The notes under the pieces are model-generated. The model saw nothing but the letters and a program-made list of their open reading frames with translations. It was not told the DNA's origin and made no database searches. From positions 62,001-98,681 of the forward strand of contig NOWV01000235.1 in the NCBI GenBank assembly GCA_003344405.1: a stretch of 36,681 nucleotides of DNA, written 5' to 3'. Source of the DNA: Trichoplax sp. H2. Lineage: Eukaryota. The translations under genes and the position numbers were made by a program. Of this stretch, positions 1-14,900 are shown in pieces. How positions within the stretch are numbered: position 1 is the stretch's first letter; every line of letters starts with the position of its first letter.

Positions 1-420
1 TCCAATATTTTCTTGGGGTACGCTTATATCGTAAAGTTAGTCGAGGTAGCAGAACAAAAATCAATTTCGTGATCATTATGACTGGTATTCAAGCAAAGAT
101 TAACTGAATATAAATGTTTTTACTAAATTTTCACATAAAAAACAAAGGGATGTGACGGACGTAAATCCTTGAAAGTGATTTGCGTCTAAAATATTGATAT
201 CTTGTCTCCAATTGTAGTTCTCGTGCTAGAGAAATATGTTTGAGGAAGATAAATTACAAAATTTGGATTACAGATGTCATTAGTCTTTATGGAGTTGGGT
301 AAATAATAATCATTCTTATCTATGAAAGCGTAAATTGTATAAAAATCGCTATTTACGGAATTAATTAAAGTTGATGTACGATCTACATGGCCTAATAAAA
401 ATACGCAACGATGTCAAACG

Positions 421-453
421 ATCCATCAATCAATCTATCGATCAATCAATCAA
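421..453. repeat. Short imperfect (ATCA)n microsatellite
   Basis: atccatcaatcaatctatcgatcaatcaatcaa. Confidence 0.6.
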
Positions 454-3400
454 CCTATAGTAAGGATTATTTGATTTAAAGTAAATTATAAATGGCATTG
501 GTCTCAAATCAACGTTTTAAAGTATTAATAATGATGTTATTGATAAGATTAATGACATCTTCCAATAAATTTTGTGTTTGATTGTATTTTTCTTCAATTT
601 CATGCACGAGATAAAGTGTCCTTCCACTTGATTGAAACTGTCAGTCAATTTAGATGGTTATTTGCAAATAGCAATAACAGAAATAGCAAGATAAAGTGAT
701 TTTTTCAGTGACTGTGCAAATTGAATAAACAAATTAATTTGTTAGCAATTCTAAAGTTAACATTAATAATAACTGCCAGGCCCGGTTGTCTCTTGATATC
801 GGCTAAGTTTACGGCTATTCTTTATTAATAACTACTATCATGACAAGTATGCTACTCATTCTACTAGGAGGACGTGACTGTTAACCTACAATCCAAGTCA
901 TTTTCATTGAATAGTGAAGATATAGTTATTATCGCAGGGAAACTATGAACTTGCCAACTAAATTAGTACGATACAGCTATCGTTATGAAGTAATTTTTAT
1001 GTCTTACATTTTCTATGATATTGTCACATAATGTATTAATTGGATTGAATAAATAGCGGAAAAATATTATTAATATTATACTTACAAAATACGTTCAGAT
1101 CAACAACCATTGTCCTTTCTTAGCGTTAACAGCTTAAATTGAGAAATTGATTTTTAAGAAATTAAACACTACAATATCTTTATCTATTAATGATTGTTTA
1201 GGAAATTGAAAACTTAAATGAATAGTTGATTAAATAATCTGGGATACAACGTTGAGAGAATTAAAAAGTAGGTTAGTAATGCTATTGTTAATGACGAATT
1301 TAGTTTACGGTGCCTTTTATGCTATTTCCACTGGATACCATTTTATAAGGAATATTCTTCCTACCAAAGGTTATTACTGCAAGCTGTCAATGAAAAGTTT
1401 ATGGCAATGATTTCTACTTGCTATTTAGTTAAAGAGTTGCTTAAGGCTTTTTGCATCGCAATACATTGATTTATCTTTAAAAACTCGAAAACAAAGCTTA
1501 AAATCCGCTTTTTTACCTTCTGATCTACTTAAAGTAAAGTAATGCAGCTTCTATATTCAGTTATGGTCTATTTCACAATGTTTTTCATTCAAAATTCACT
1601 TAAAATTTCCATTATTTCTTATTTAATTAAAGACCAGGGCGCGAATTGTTTAATCATGAATATATTACATCGCAGATCGTCAATCAAAATTATAATTACA
1701 ATAAGACTCGAGAAATTAATAATTTGCATCAAGTTTGGCAGTATTTTTTATTTAAGGTATCAATAATCTGTTCATAAACAATGCTTAAATGGTTTCTTTT
1801 TTCATCAGTTTATACATTGAAACTGTAGAATGTTGCAGCCATTCACTTTCACTTCATTTCCTTCTCTATCAACAATCAAGAGAAATACTAAATACTGCTT
1901 TTGATGCCAAAGGTATTAAGCGATCCATGAGCTTGAATGACTTAATTGCATGAATCCAACACTGTATTTTAAAAAACTGAGTTATAGTAACCACAAAAAA
2001 GGAATTGGCGGTCAAGAAGGCCTCAAATAGTGATTATGAATTTCGTACCCAATGAAAGCAGTGAATTAAAATGTCAATATTCAATTTTCCTATACAATCT
2101 AAGTGGTTGGTTTCATTATGAACACTTAAAGCATTCATGAATGAATTGTCTTACTGTAATTGAATTTTATTTGTCTATTCATCGTGCCTTAGTATCTTTG
2201 AAGAGTTATTAGCCAATATGTAGTCACTACATAATGAATGGTCTTGATCACAATTGTTAATTAAGTGATGATAAATTATTATAGATGTCAATAAAATTGG
2301 ATAATAGTCTTAGATTGATTAAACATACGATTGTGATGGATCATTGGTTTACATTGATGTGTCGAAAATTACTCATTCCCACAATTTTCATGCAATTTGT
2401 ACACTTTTTGCTGTATTATCAATTCTAATCCACATGACCATTAAAGAGTGACTAGCTATAGGCAAGCTAATCTATTTAATTTCAGACATAATAAATTTCC
2501 TTCGTACCGAATATTCGGCCCGAATCTGCCGAAACTATTTGAAATGCCTTATTAAATAGATTGTTTTCCTAATTGTAAAATATACTTGCTGGACAAACAG
2601 TGAAAAAGATTTTAATAATTTATTAATGTAATTTTTTGCTATGCAATTTTTAAAACTTTGGCAAAAGTAATACTATCTAGTAAATTGCAAGCTGCACTTG
2701 GTAATGCCAAGTTGATGTTTATTTCCTTAGATTAATAATAGCTATTTTAATAATGTCAGATCGCTCAGTTTATTCATCCTTCTTATCTTTTACTCTTATC
2801 AAAGTTTAGCAGGTGTTTTCTTTATAATATTAGATTGCTTATTCTGAATTTAATGAACTAATTACTGATTAATAAAGAGTTTACGGTTGTTCAAGTAGTT
2901 ACTTGCAAGTAATCAATTCGTAACTCAGCATATTGTATCCTTAGAAGCATAAATTATGTTTATGAAGTATTTTCTACTGTCGTATAGCTTAGTCTTTAGA
3001 ATCTTTTTCATGAAAATAAAATTATGAATTATTTCTATAAAAATATTGCTTAGTAATTTTACCAATTAATTACGGATATTTACGATATCAGGAGTAAAAG
3101 CATTAAAATTGTTTAGAATGATTGATTAGCAAATTGTATTTGATACCTGACTATTCTAGGATTATGCAGCAATATCAGTTAGAGATTAAAATGCATGACA
3201 ATATTGTTTAGAAAAAATTTTCACATTGCAAGAATGATTTAATATGGAAAGATAAGAATAGGCTACTAACACAATAGAATAAGCGGAACAGTATAATATT
3301 GGTACTTACGTAAACGTTACTACTGTCTTACAAATTCTCCTTGTTCTATTCCGATTGCGTGATATCTACCTTAGGATAAAATTACTGTCTACGCTGATAT

Positions 3401-4903
3401 GCAATCATCGTGAATTGTTATCCAATTGCTTCCTTTAATATAGACGTCATCAAGTTATTTAATGGTTAACAGTCATAGGTAAGTTTTATGTTCTGCGATT
3501 ATGAATATGATTTCCAGCGGATATAATTATCGCATACATTATAGATAATATTGACAATAATGTATTGCCCAGTTTTAGCTTGGCTGATTCATTAATACTT
3601 AAACGTTTGGAAAAGGCATTTTTATTTAAACCATATTAAGTGAGCAGTATTGAATAATCTTTTCTACGTTTTCTGAATGACATAGAATGAGAGCGCTATA
3701 ATAAAAGTTTGCTTCGAATAAGATTAAATGACTTCGAACTGATTAATTCAAAAATAATTTGATATACTTAATTAAATAAGGAGAGCAAGGGATTCAAGCC
3801 TCACATAACTATTTTTAAAAGTAAGGCACTAAATGCATAAGATTAGAATTAAAATTTGCACTTTCTATAAGGTATATGAGATCTTTCAAGCTCCGCATGT
3901 TTCTTGGTGGTACGCATTCAATCTATATTAAATTATGGTTATTCGCTTCTTAACATTGCAAACACCATAAAAATTTATATATTCTTATAGTTAATATAAT
4001 ATTTAATGGTTTCTCTTCCATAGAATATGAGATGTAGCGAGAAGTATAATTTCTTGTTAGAATAGGATGATTTAAAGGCTAGAAAGTAGTTCAAAAATTA
4101 CTATATTAGGCTGTTTTTTTTTAATTCTGTCTACTCTATTAGTTCACTAAATAATAACCATTTCCATTAAACTACGCCAACTTCGCTATCAGTTATCAGT
4201 TTACTTGTATAAACTTTTCAAAATAGTTCATAACGTAAGCCTATTCATGGCTGGCTAGCAAACAGCTTTAATAATTTTACATAAGCTTAAAAATGTGCCT
4301 AAAGCAATGATTTTGGTAACACGGAAACTCTTTCTTTACAGGTCTAAATACCAAATGGAGTATGAATTTACTTGGGAGATGAAATTGCTTAGTATTGATG
4401 TTGCATATGGAATAATTATAATTCTGTATGCCATCATAGTATAATGTTCCGCTTATCATTGATTGAATGCGCTACTTCTGCTAGATTGCTAATGAAATAT
4501 CAGCAAGTATGCAGCAAAAAAATTTTATGGCTCAAAATACGCCGCCAAAGTTTCTTTCAAACATCTTCTCGTTATATTTTCTAATAAAGTTTCATCAAAT
4601 ATCGATCAAACCTGATGTTATATAAATATTCCTTATTGAATACGGCACACCAACGATTATTACACAATAATACTTCATGGGAATGTTTCTGTACTTTTTA
4701 TTTAATTCATACTGCTATAAAATTTTAGTTCTTTCTGTCACTCATGTTTTTAAATCGTGAAATTACAGCATCTTGTACACAATGTTACTATTCCGAAATA
4801 TAGATACTAAATTGCTAAAGATGCTTGTTATGCGCTAATATCTGCAAATTATTAATATGCTCGATTACTTGTTACATAATTTTCAAGTCTAACATTTAAA
4901 GGC

Positions 4904-4929
4904 AGCAGTAATAGTATACTATTACTGCT
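4904..4929. repeat. Perfect 26-bp palindrome AGCAGTAATAGTATACTATTACTGCT
   Basis: Exactly self-complementary. Imperfect arms extend it to about 4889-4941. Confidence 0.85.
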
Positions 4930-7900
4930 TTAAATTGTTAGCCTGATTACTACTTTCTAATTTATAGCATGTCGTAACTTATTAAGTATCTTTCAAAAGC
5001 TGTCTACATCACAATTAGAATGATGCTGGGCAATTAAGTATCATAAAAATTACTTACACCACATTGGTAGAGCTTAGCATATCTTAAGGTAATAAGTAGA
5101 GTTTACTATTTCTACTCTTGTTTAAAGCAGCTTTTTCAGTTGTCTTCTAGAATTTAAAGATCATGTAACGTTAGAATATCAGCTATACAAGATTGCTGAA
5201 TACAAGAAGATTTCGAGTTCAATAAGATGTATGCAATTAGATTTTAAAGTTCATAGAATACGTTAACCTTATTTTTTTTACATGAGAGTGAGTTAATGAT
5301 TCGGTTAAAATAAAATTTGATACCAAAATAATTTACTCTTGCAAGACATTCAATTTATTTTTCCGTGGACTATGATCTTATCAGTTTTTGTACAAAATCG
5401 ACAAAAATGAAGATCTGGGAAAGTCGTATAATGAATAATTTTATTTTATTGTTATTTTCAAAAGTAAAGCTAGTGGCTTAGCATTTATTTGCTTGCGGCC
5501 AAGTGCCGACGTCAGAATAGATTTTACATTTTACCCTAGAAAATCATAATAAAGACTTTACTAGAATTTGTAGCTATATTACATAAAATACATAAGCTTT
5601 TAAAAAGCAAATATGATGGATAAAAGCAAAGATCCAAAGAAAGGCGAATGAAAAATTTTTTAAATAATGAGAACTTGTTTATCCCTTGTTTAACCTACGC
5701 AAAAATTTTTAGACATAAATCAAGAATAACAATAGAACATAGAAATATTTTTCATAATTGTTTAAAGAATGAAATGTTTTCTTAATGACCCACTGCTAAT
5801 CTAAATGTATCTCATTCTTAAAAATAATCGTCATGTAAAATTTGTATCAATTCGTAAGTAACTTTTATTCGTCACAGAAAGCGAGAATTTTCAGTTTACT
5901 GAAAGCATTTAAGCCTGAAGCACATTCAGAAATGTAGAATTCTTAACAAGTAGCAATCTCTCGGTTGGATACTTCTACACAAGGCAGAGGCTATTCCTAA
6001 AGGAATAATAGTATATATGCTTCTGGAATAATAGGCCAACTGCCGAAAGTAGAATTAATAAGCAAACATAATTAGGCGAGGTGTGTCATGGGTTTAAATA
6101 CAGACATGAGTCCCTGGGGTGCTAGTGCTAACAGAATAATCCCAAATTATTTGGCTAGGATGAGAAACGATACGTATACAAGGTTACTAATCTTGCACCT
6201 AAGGATGCCCAAACAGTTTCTAGTAAGAGAAAAAATATGTCGTGTAGCTGCTTATATTTTCGACTGGAGAAAGGATTGTTTTGTTGATACAATATTTTCA
6301 ATAAACATATCTGCCACCTATACAATCATATCTGTATTAAATGTTCCTCATTTATCTACTAAAATCGTGCAGATCTATAATATTAAAATTAGCTGTTATT
6401 CAGATTGAGAAATTTAAATATTTTCACCATATAATAGACTGTCTACTACTATGCATGCATTCTTATTCTCTAAAGAAATATGGTCTTAGATGATTGTGCT
6501 CGCTGCAAGTACTAATGCTTAACTTTAAATACGTCATGTCTTACAGAAGCTTATTCGTAACATATTTTAACTTTTGCTTAAGATTTTATCCTTTTACTCG
6601 ATACGGAGACTTGCCGTAGTTCATGCTTGTAGTAATCAAATCGTGCATTTTATGGTGTGATTGAAAATCATGTCATCTGATAATGCCAGGTCAGTAGTCA
6701 AATTTAAATGTTATTTACTCAATCCAATCTGCCTTCGCGATTATTATAAGTACATGTGCATTAGCTTTTATTTTATTTTAAAAGACTGCAAGGTAGCTGC
6801 TACGCATATAGGTGGAGCTAAGCAAGCAATTCTTACAGTCTTCTTTATGACAGTCTATCGATGTTCAAACCTTTCACCATATGTTGTAGGTTAGGTATAA
6901 TTTGAAGAGGGTGTTGGAGATGACAACAATATGATTGCTTAAAAATAACTCAGTATGGGGTAACTATCACTTGAAAGAGTGGCAATGGACAAAGTAAAAC
7001 CAGCATATAAACAGACGACAGGGTTGATCTGCAATTAAAACTTCATGACTTTTAACTATTTTATTATACTAGCCTGATCTTGCCAAACAACGCTATTGGA
7101 ATGTCAAGGTCAATATAATTGCTATAGTCTGACATTAATAAATTATAATGACTCTACCAGAAAGTTCCTATTATTTTAAGTTACCAACGAGTAGTCTAGC
7201 CCTAATTTATAAGAACTCCGAGTCTCTATTCTAGTTTTTGTCTCCTTTACATTCTGGTCAACTGTTACTAAAAACAAAAAATATGTTTCTGTTAGTCAGT
7301 AACGTCACGCTAGTAATTAATAAACTTATAGTGGTAGTCATAAAGTTGCATCGACAATAATACATATTAACATATCAAATGATTGAATATAACATCGATC
7401 AACAGCAAGCTAGGAATAAATGTGATTATAATCGTAATCTAAGACTAACGTCAATATAACGTATAATAAAATCAAGAGCGTGAACATAATATGCACGCCT
7501 ATGTGCTGTAAGACTTAAAAAAAATCAGACTATATCGTAATCTTTCGAAGCACCAATATCGCATTAAATTGTATTATATTTTAGACATAATGAGGATCCA
7601 TTTAGAATATATTATTAAATCAGTATCTCAATGTCAATTTTACTAGTAATAAATGATGCGATCGTTAGCGTACTCGTTAATGCTCAATAAATAAACGCTA
7701 CTTTCGTAAACCGTCAGTTGTAATATCTCATGGAAGGTAGTAAGGTAGCTTTAACAGAACTAGAGTAAATTCGGCTACTTTAATCTATCTGCATTCTTTT
7801 AATTTACTTTATTCGCATTTTTTTTAAAGTAAAGCAACTATAATGAGCTTATGATACTGCAGATAATAGATGGCATTAGCGTCAGCTTAACTTGAAACCG

Positions 7901-8975
7901 AATGGGGTCTTTCCAGGAATAATTATCGTCCTTTTTGTCATCTCATGAAATCTTCACTTATAAAGCGAGTAATGGCTCATTTTTTATTTAATATCATGTT
8001 CATATTTTGCGACATTCATTCATTAATTGGATAAGTGTTTTACCAACCAGAACATCAGAGATGGATTGTTAATTATCATTTGTTTATTCCGTAATTGGAT
8101 TGAAAGTTTTAGGCGTGTCTTAAAGCATACCAGTTGGCTCGTCCGAAGAAAAAATTTCTATTCTTAATTATTATTTCGTCATAACTACTAGTAAAGACTT
8201 GATTTTAGCCCCATTATATCAGTAGCTATAATAAAATATTTTATTACTGATATCTATCAAAATCTTATATTTAGCGGTATAAGATCAATTCATTAGCTAC
8301 AATTCATTCGAATATAGCTGCGACGATGAACTAGAAAAGTGCATCTTTAATATTCTTATCAGTAGCGTTTTAAATTCTCTTCAGCATAGCTTAACTGTTT
8401 CTAAATTCGTAACTTTCGCTTCATATCTAGACAAAATGTGTATTTAAGCGTAGCCTACCAATAATGTATCTGTTATATGTTGTTAATGTCTGTCTAGATT
8501 TAAGTTTTATTCCGTGATTTTGATTGATTGAATTAATTGCACCGTCTGTCACAGATGTATGCCGCTAATTCAAATAAACAGGTTTAGGCATTATTATCAA
8601 ATCCCCATGTCTCCTAGGTATATTCTTGAACAATTATCTAAAGTACCACACCTCCATATCGAGATTGTAGTAGTACTTGGAGGATTAATATTGCATATTT
8701 ATAGTTTGCTTGTAGTACAACCACAGTCTTAAAATTTGTTGCTACGGAATAAAATCATCATTTAAGAAGACCTCTTGCTGGACATCAAGTTACGGTTAAT
8801 AACCATAATTGATTGGCTGTGGTTGAAATTGAGCATATTATCAAAGTAGTCATTTGTGGATCTACTGATACATATTTTAAGTGATTAAGAACAGTAAAAG
8901 TCAGCAATTGACCGATAAAATATCAAATTTACTGGTGGATTTGAATATAATCGTTCCAAACTAAACCACATCGCC

Positions 8976-11900
8976 ATGGGGATATTAAGTCGTAAACTAG
9001 TCATATTTATGACTTTATTTGAATTAGTTGCAATTATTCTGTTTGCTGTATTTGTGAGATTTGATAAGGTTGCTTTACCAGGATCGCTCGCAGTATCGAT
9101 TCCTGGAGTCACTTATGCTAGTAAGTATCTTCTAATTTTTGCTTATATAAGACTAATGCAACAGGTATACAATTGAGGATAGTCATCACAAAAAGTTCAT
9201 ACTTAATTAATAGTTCGTATGGTAGCTGGAATGATGTAATCCAGCTAAATGATACTTTGTGTTGATTTTACCTAGCTGTAAAAATGACATGCTTTCTATT
9301 TTCTGTAGGATAGAATATACTAAGATAATTATTATACAATTTGTCATGACAATGTCAGGCTGTATTCAAATTTTTGGGTTAAATTATTACTTGATTTGCC
9401 TTAAATCATGGTCTGACTTTAGTTATATCAATTTATAAACCAACTTAAGAACTTAATCAATTTTAGCTATAAGTCATCATATTTAATACTTGATTTGGAT
9501 TGCAGTGTTTCAGGATATCCATGTTATGATCTTTATCGGTTTTGGCTTCTTGATGACCTTTTTGAAAAAGTATTCCTTCAGTAGTGTCGGATTCAATTTA
9601 CTGCTCGCCTCTTTCGTAATCCAATGGTCGACTCTTATGTTGGGATTTTGTCATCATTGGTCTAATTTTAGGGACATTACCATCAAAACAGAGGAGTAAG
9701 TTTATACTTATTCGCATACTTTGGAAAAGTATAGTCATTTCTGATGTCTTAAATATGAAAAATGTCAATTTCTGTTACTAGTAAACTGCCTTCAAACCAT
9801 TAGTAACATGTCATAGCATAATAAATTAAAATGCATCCATCTACTAGACTAATGGTTCATTGCTACAGTATCTGATACTAAAATCTTTGCCTACGGTAGA
9901 ATCATCAAAGTTGTCCCAAACTGAAAAGTACATAATATGGTGTAAAGCAATTAACTGATACTAACAACCATTTAACAAGTGCTTTTATTTAATGCTTCTT
10001 GTCGGCTGAATCTTACAGTAGATAGTTTACTAGCGTCGTAATTATCGCGTTAATCACATATCCATGGGATATATTACCGTACTGAATATCAATGCTATAC
10101 TAAGCTAAAAATAATATACATTTACTACATTGCACAATCATCTTATTATTTCGTAATGCAAGAATTTTTATACCCTAATCAAGGGCCCTTTTGTTTTCAT
10201 GTCACTATGCTGCTTGCTTAGCTGACCAATAGCTTGAATGTCTAGTAGTGGCCTGATTCCCTCCTTTAGCGATGTTCATTTGTTATCATAGTATGTGATC
10301 TTTTTCTAGGCTTACAGCTATAGCTTCATGCTGGTTAATACATTTTAAATATCTCCAAAACCCTATTGTACTGTGCATCAGCTTACCTGACTTATTCTAT
10401 TATAATTATTAAACTTTAAGGCGATTAATTTTCTCAGCTGGATCCCTACCAGCTCTGTCAGTGTCTTTCAAGTAGTCAAAGGCGGACATTAATAATGGAT
10501 AATGGTAATTCAGTTGGCTTTGATCAGCTGGAAAATGAGACATTTTAAATGCTGCTGACTAGATAATATTGTACCAAAATCATAATCCCCTTACAGGTTT
10601 ATTTTTATAAAATTTTTTATCACTATCAATATGCAACGGAATCTATGCATAAATATGATCCAACTCAATTAGGCTTAGTTTGTAATTCTATTTGCCAAAT
10701 ATGACGCAAGCATTTATTTATTGTAATAAAAGTGTCATAAAATGTTTGTCTTAGTATAGTAACTTCTATTATTAGATTGTCTATCGTTACTCTTAAAGCG
10801 GCTTCAATTAGTGGATTCGGGTAATAATCATATTTATTACATTTATTAGAAGGATTACATGTAGATCTAATAGAAGCAGTAAAACTGGTGGCAAACTACT
10901 GCCTTAGGGTATCACTAAACTAAATTTTAATCCCTCTCTGTCCATCTCTCTTTATCAAAGAATCTAATCTTGTTTAAATACCAACACGATTTACGTCAAT
11001 TCCAAATCAACATCTCCTGACACAGCAGGCATCTGTCATCATATTATTAGTACAAATTCGGCTTTCTTCTATTTCGCAATATAAATCATTGATTTGTCAT
11101 GCTAACTAATTTAACTCTAAAGTATAATTGTCATCGTAGTATTACTTCAATATGACGACCTTTCAACCAATCAAGTTAGTAATAATGCAAGTATTCAAGT
11201 AAATCCACCATTACTTCCTCGAAAATTCACATTCTCAAATAATTTCTATAACCACCTATCAGTAGAGATTCTCACATTTTGTCAACATATTTGTCAACAT
11301 GTCTGATTCTAATTAATTCGTCAACAGATTCATTGACCTCACCTTAGATGTGAAATGTCTACACCACACTTTGTCGATATAAAATTAAAAAAGTGATAAT
11401 TAATTAGAATAGGAATTGATCTAAAGCATCCTAAGCTCGAAAGAACTAAAGTCTAGTCTACAGTATGCTCATCTTACGGTTCTTAAAAAATTTCTTCTGA
11501 TCTGTTTAAGGCAATAAAGTTGCCTACTATCAGACTGGAGTCATCAATTANNNNNNNNNNNNNNNNNNNNTCGGCTTTCTTCTATTTCGCAATATAAATC
11601 ATTGATTTGTCATGCTAACTAATTTAACTCTAAAGTATAATTGTCATCGTAGTATTACTTCAATATGACGACCTTTCAACCAATCAAGTTAGTAATAATG
11701 CAAGTATTCAAGTAAATCCACCATTACTTCCTCGAAAATTCACATTCTCAAATAATTTCTATAACCACCTATCAGTAGAGATTCTCACATTTTGTCAACA
11801 TATTTGTCAACATGTCTGATTCTAATTAATTCGTCAACAGATTCATTGACCTCACCTTAGATGTGAAATGTCTACACCACACTTTGTCGATATAAAATTA

Positions 11901-14900
11901 AAAAAGTGATAATTAATTAGAATAGGAATTGATCTAAAGCATCCTAAGCTCGAAAGAACTAAAGTCTAGTCTACAGTATGCTCATCTTACGGTTCTTAAA
12001 AAATTTCTTCTGATCTGTTTAAGGCAATAAAGTTGCCTACTATCAGACTGGAGTCATCAATTAATCCAATACAAATATTCTACGCCTCAAGGTGTTGTGC
12101 ACTTTCATAGTTAAAGTACATAAAGTCACATAGATCTATTTCCCATACTGTACTTAAGNNNNNNNNNNNNNNNNNNNNTCGGCTTTCTTCTATTTCGCAA
12201 TATAAATCATTGATTTGTCATGCTAACTAATTTAACTCTAAAGTATAATTGTCATCGTAGTATTACTTCAATATGACGACCTTTCAACTAATCAAGTTAG
12301 TAATAATGCAAGTATTCAAGTAAATCCACCATTACTTCCTCGAAAATTCACATTCTCAAATAATTTCTATAACCACCTATCAGTAGAGATTCTCACATTT
12401 TGTCAACATATTTGTCAACATGTCTGATTCTAATTAATTCGTCAACAGATTCATTGACCTCACCTTAGATGTGAAATGTCTACACCACACTTTGTCGATA
12501 TAAAATTAAAAAAGTGATAATTAATTAGAATAGGAATTGATCTAAAGCATCCTAAGCTCGAAAGAACTAAAGTCTAGTCTACAGTATGTTCATCTTACGG
12601 TTCTTAAAAAATTTCTTCTGATCTGTTTAAGGCAATAAAGTTGCCTACTATCAGACTGGAGTCATCAATTAGAAGACTGCTCAAAGAGATATATATAATC
12701 AATCTAATTTACCGTGCTGACCTATCTGCTTAATATATCATTACCAATCCAATACAAATATTCTACGCCTCAAGGTGTTGTGCACTTTCATAGTTAAAGT
12801 ACATAAAGTCACATAGATCTATTTCCCATACTGTACTTAAGTAAATTGCCTATATTATTAATCAATAATTTCTAATATAGTAATTAACAATCATCTAATT
12901 GTTTATCACCGCGACCATATCTACTATTAGAAACCATTCTATATCAAATGTAGCTATCAAATATAACAAAATATAGGATGCATCACTTCATTACATTAAA
13001 AAGTACGCTCGAATAAAGAACGTAATTGAGTTTTAAAAATTTTCGGAAATAAATTGGGTAATTCCTTTAGCAAGAGACAATTCCAATGATTTTGTTCAGC
13101 TAAAGTAAATTATTAAGGGGTTATGTTAGGCTTAAATCGGTATCGATTCACTTTCAACATAATTGAAAAATTATAAAACTAATTCAACATTAGTGGTACG
13201 AGCTAATTCATCCATTATTTACCTGTTATGATCATCATAAGTCTATGGCATACACACTTAATTATGAAGAAGATTAGTTCCACCAGTACATTTAATGCAA
13301 GAAACTAACCAGACTATCTAATTATAATTGATTGATGAATGGATAATTATTCACCATGATATAGATTGAATAGTTACGGTCTACAATATATTGTTATTAA
13401 TTTCAAAGTTGTATTTTGATTACCGTCGATGGTTCACCTTATAAAATCTAGAATTTCAAACAGACTAGATGATTAATGAAGTTTTGTACTTGGCTAATTT
13501 ATTTAATTTGGACTGTTGATAATTTGCTCTAATTTCATTTTCAGTTTAATCGGCTCTGATATCTGTGCCGCTGCAGTCCTGATCTCTTTTGGAGCTGTGC
13601 TCGGCAAGACATCACCATTGCAATTAATGGTCATGGCACTCCTTGAAGTTATATTTTATGCTGTCAACGAAACTATATGCTTTCAGTATCTAAAAATTAG
13701 TGATATGGGTGGATCTATCGTTATTCATGCTTTTGGAGCTTACTTTGGTCTGGCAGTCGCGCTAGTAATGAACAAAAAAGAGGCAGTTGATAATCCAAAC
13801 GAAGGATCTTCTTATCAATCGGATTTATCAGCAATGATCGGTTAGAGATGATTTAGAGTGTACATTCTATAACATTTATCGCGTAGTCACGAAATTTCAA
13901 ATTTTATTCAAGGTATACGTCTAGAATTTAGCAACACCAATCTTTAAATTTTATTTTATCAGTAACACTGGAATTTATAGATGTACTATATTCATTCCAA
14001 AAACTTAGATAATTGATTTCAGTAAATTTTGCTAATATTGAGCAATGACTTTTAGCTAAACTATTTAGCACTTAATGGTTATGTAATACATTATGTCAAC
14101 TACTATACAAATATCGGCGAGTTTGCTAATACTTTTACAAAAATTGTTGTAAATGGTCTATCATATTGTCGATCATTTAGCATGTACAGCAAATAATACT
14201 TTTCTCGCTGGCAATAGGTACTGTCTTTCTTTGGATATTTTGGCCTGGCTTTAATGCAGGCTTAGCATCAGGAGATCAGCAACAGCGAGCTGTCTTTAAT
14301 ACTTACTTTGCATTAGCAGCTTGCACATGCACTAGCTTTGTTATAAGCTCGCTTATTGATCGTGAAGGAAGATATCGAATGGTAAGTGAACGCTATTAAT
14401 TTACAGTATAATCGCTTCAAAATTTGCTTGCAAGATGACTTTGAGCTTTCTTTAAATTTATTATAGACTTATTGCTTTGCATTTTGACTTAGGTACACGT
14501 ACAAAATTCCACTTTAGCTGGAGGTGTTGCCGTTGGTGCTTCTGCAAATATGCTTTTGCCTATTTGGCTAAGCATGCTAACGGGTATCATTGCCGGTATC
14601 ATCAGCGTCATTGGATACGACTATATTACGGTAAGCTATTAATAGTAATATTCAGTAGCTGCTAACATCTTACCTACAGCTACTTTGTAGAGTCTAAGTT
14701 AAAATTAAACGTGTCATTTCATTTTCTTTAGCAGAAATGAGTACTTTTATGTCGTGAAAATGATATTTTCATTTATTGCGTAGCAGAAAGAGAGAAATTT
14801 TATTATATTAGCGCAATCACTCAGTTTGCTCAATGTTAAGCTTCAATCAAAGGGTACTCTTACTCCTTATTTTCGATTTAGTTTCGCTGCATCCTAAGAC

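Noticed and set aside
1542..1766. 74-aa Ile-rich ORF (similarly 4277-4459, 6661-6894, 19202-19390, 26053-26235)
   Set aside because: Composition mirrors AT-rich non-coding DNA, with no motifs or splice context.
6088..6408. 106-aa ORF, the longest in the upstream region; the opposite strand has a faint PQG resembling a reverse-transcriptase motif
   Set aside because: No recognisable domain, no surrounding reverse-transcriptase motifs and no exon partners. BLASTX would settle it.
8885..9112. Antisense or off-frame ORFs over real exons (also 14477-14665, 20206-20499, 24599-24811, 26859-27074, 28157-28396)
   Set aside because: Shadows of Rh or AMPD exons; the true frames are explained by the spliced models.
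11058..12671. Apparent real tandem triplication or mobile element in Rh1 intron 2
   Set aside because: Copies restart at the identical base right after 20-N gaps, differ at allele level, and lack terminal repeats or target-site duplications, which is typical of a scaffolding artefact.
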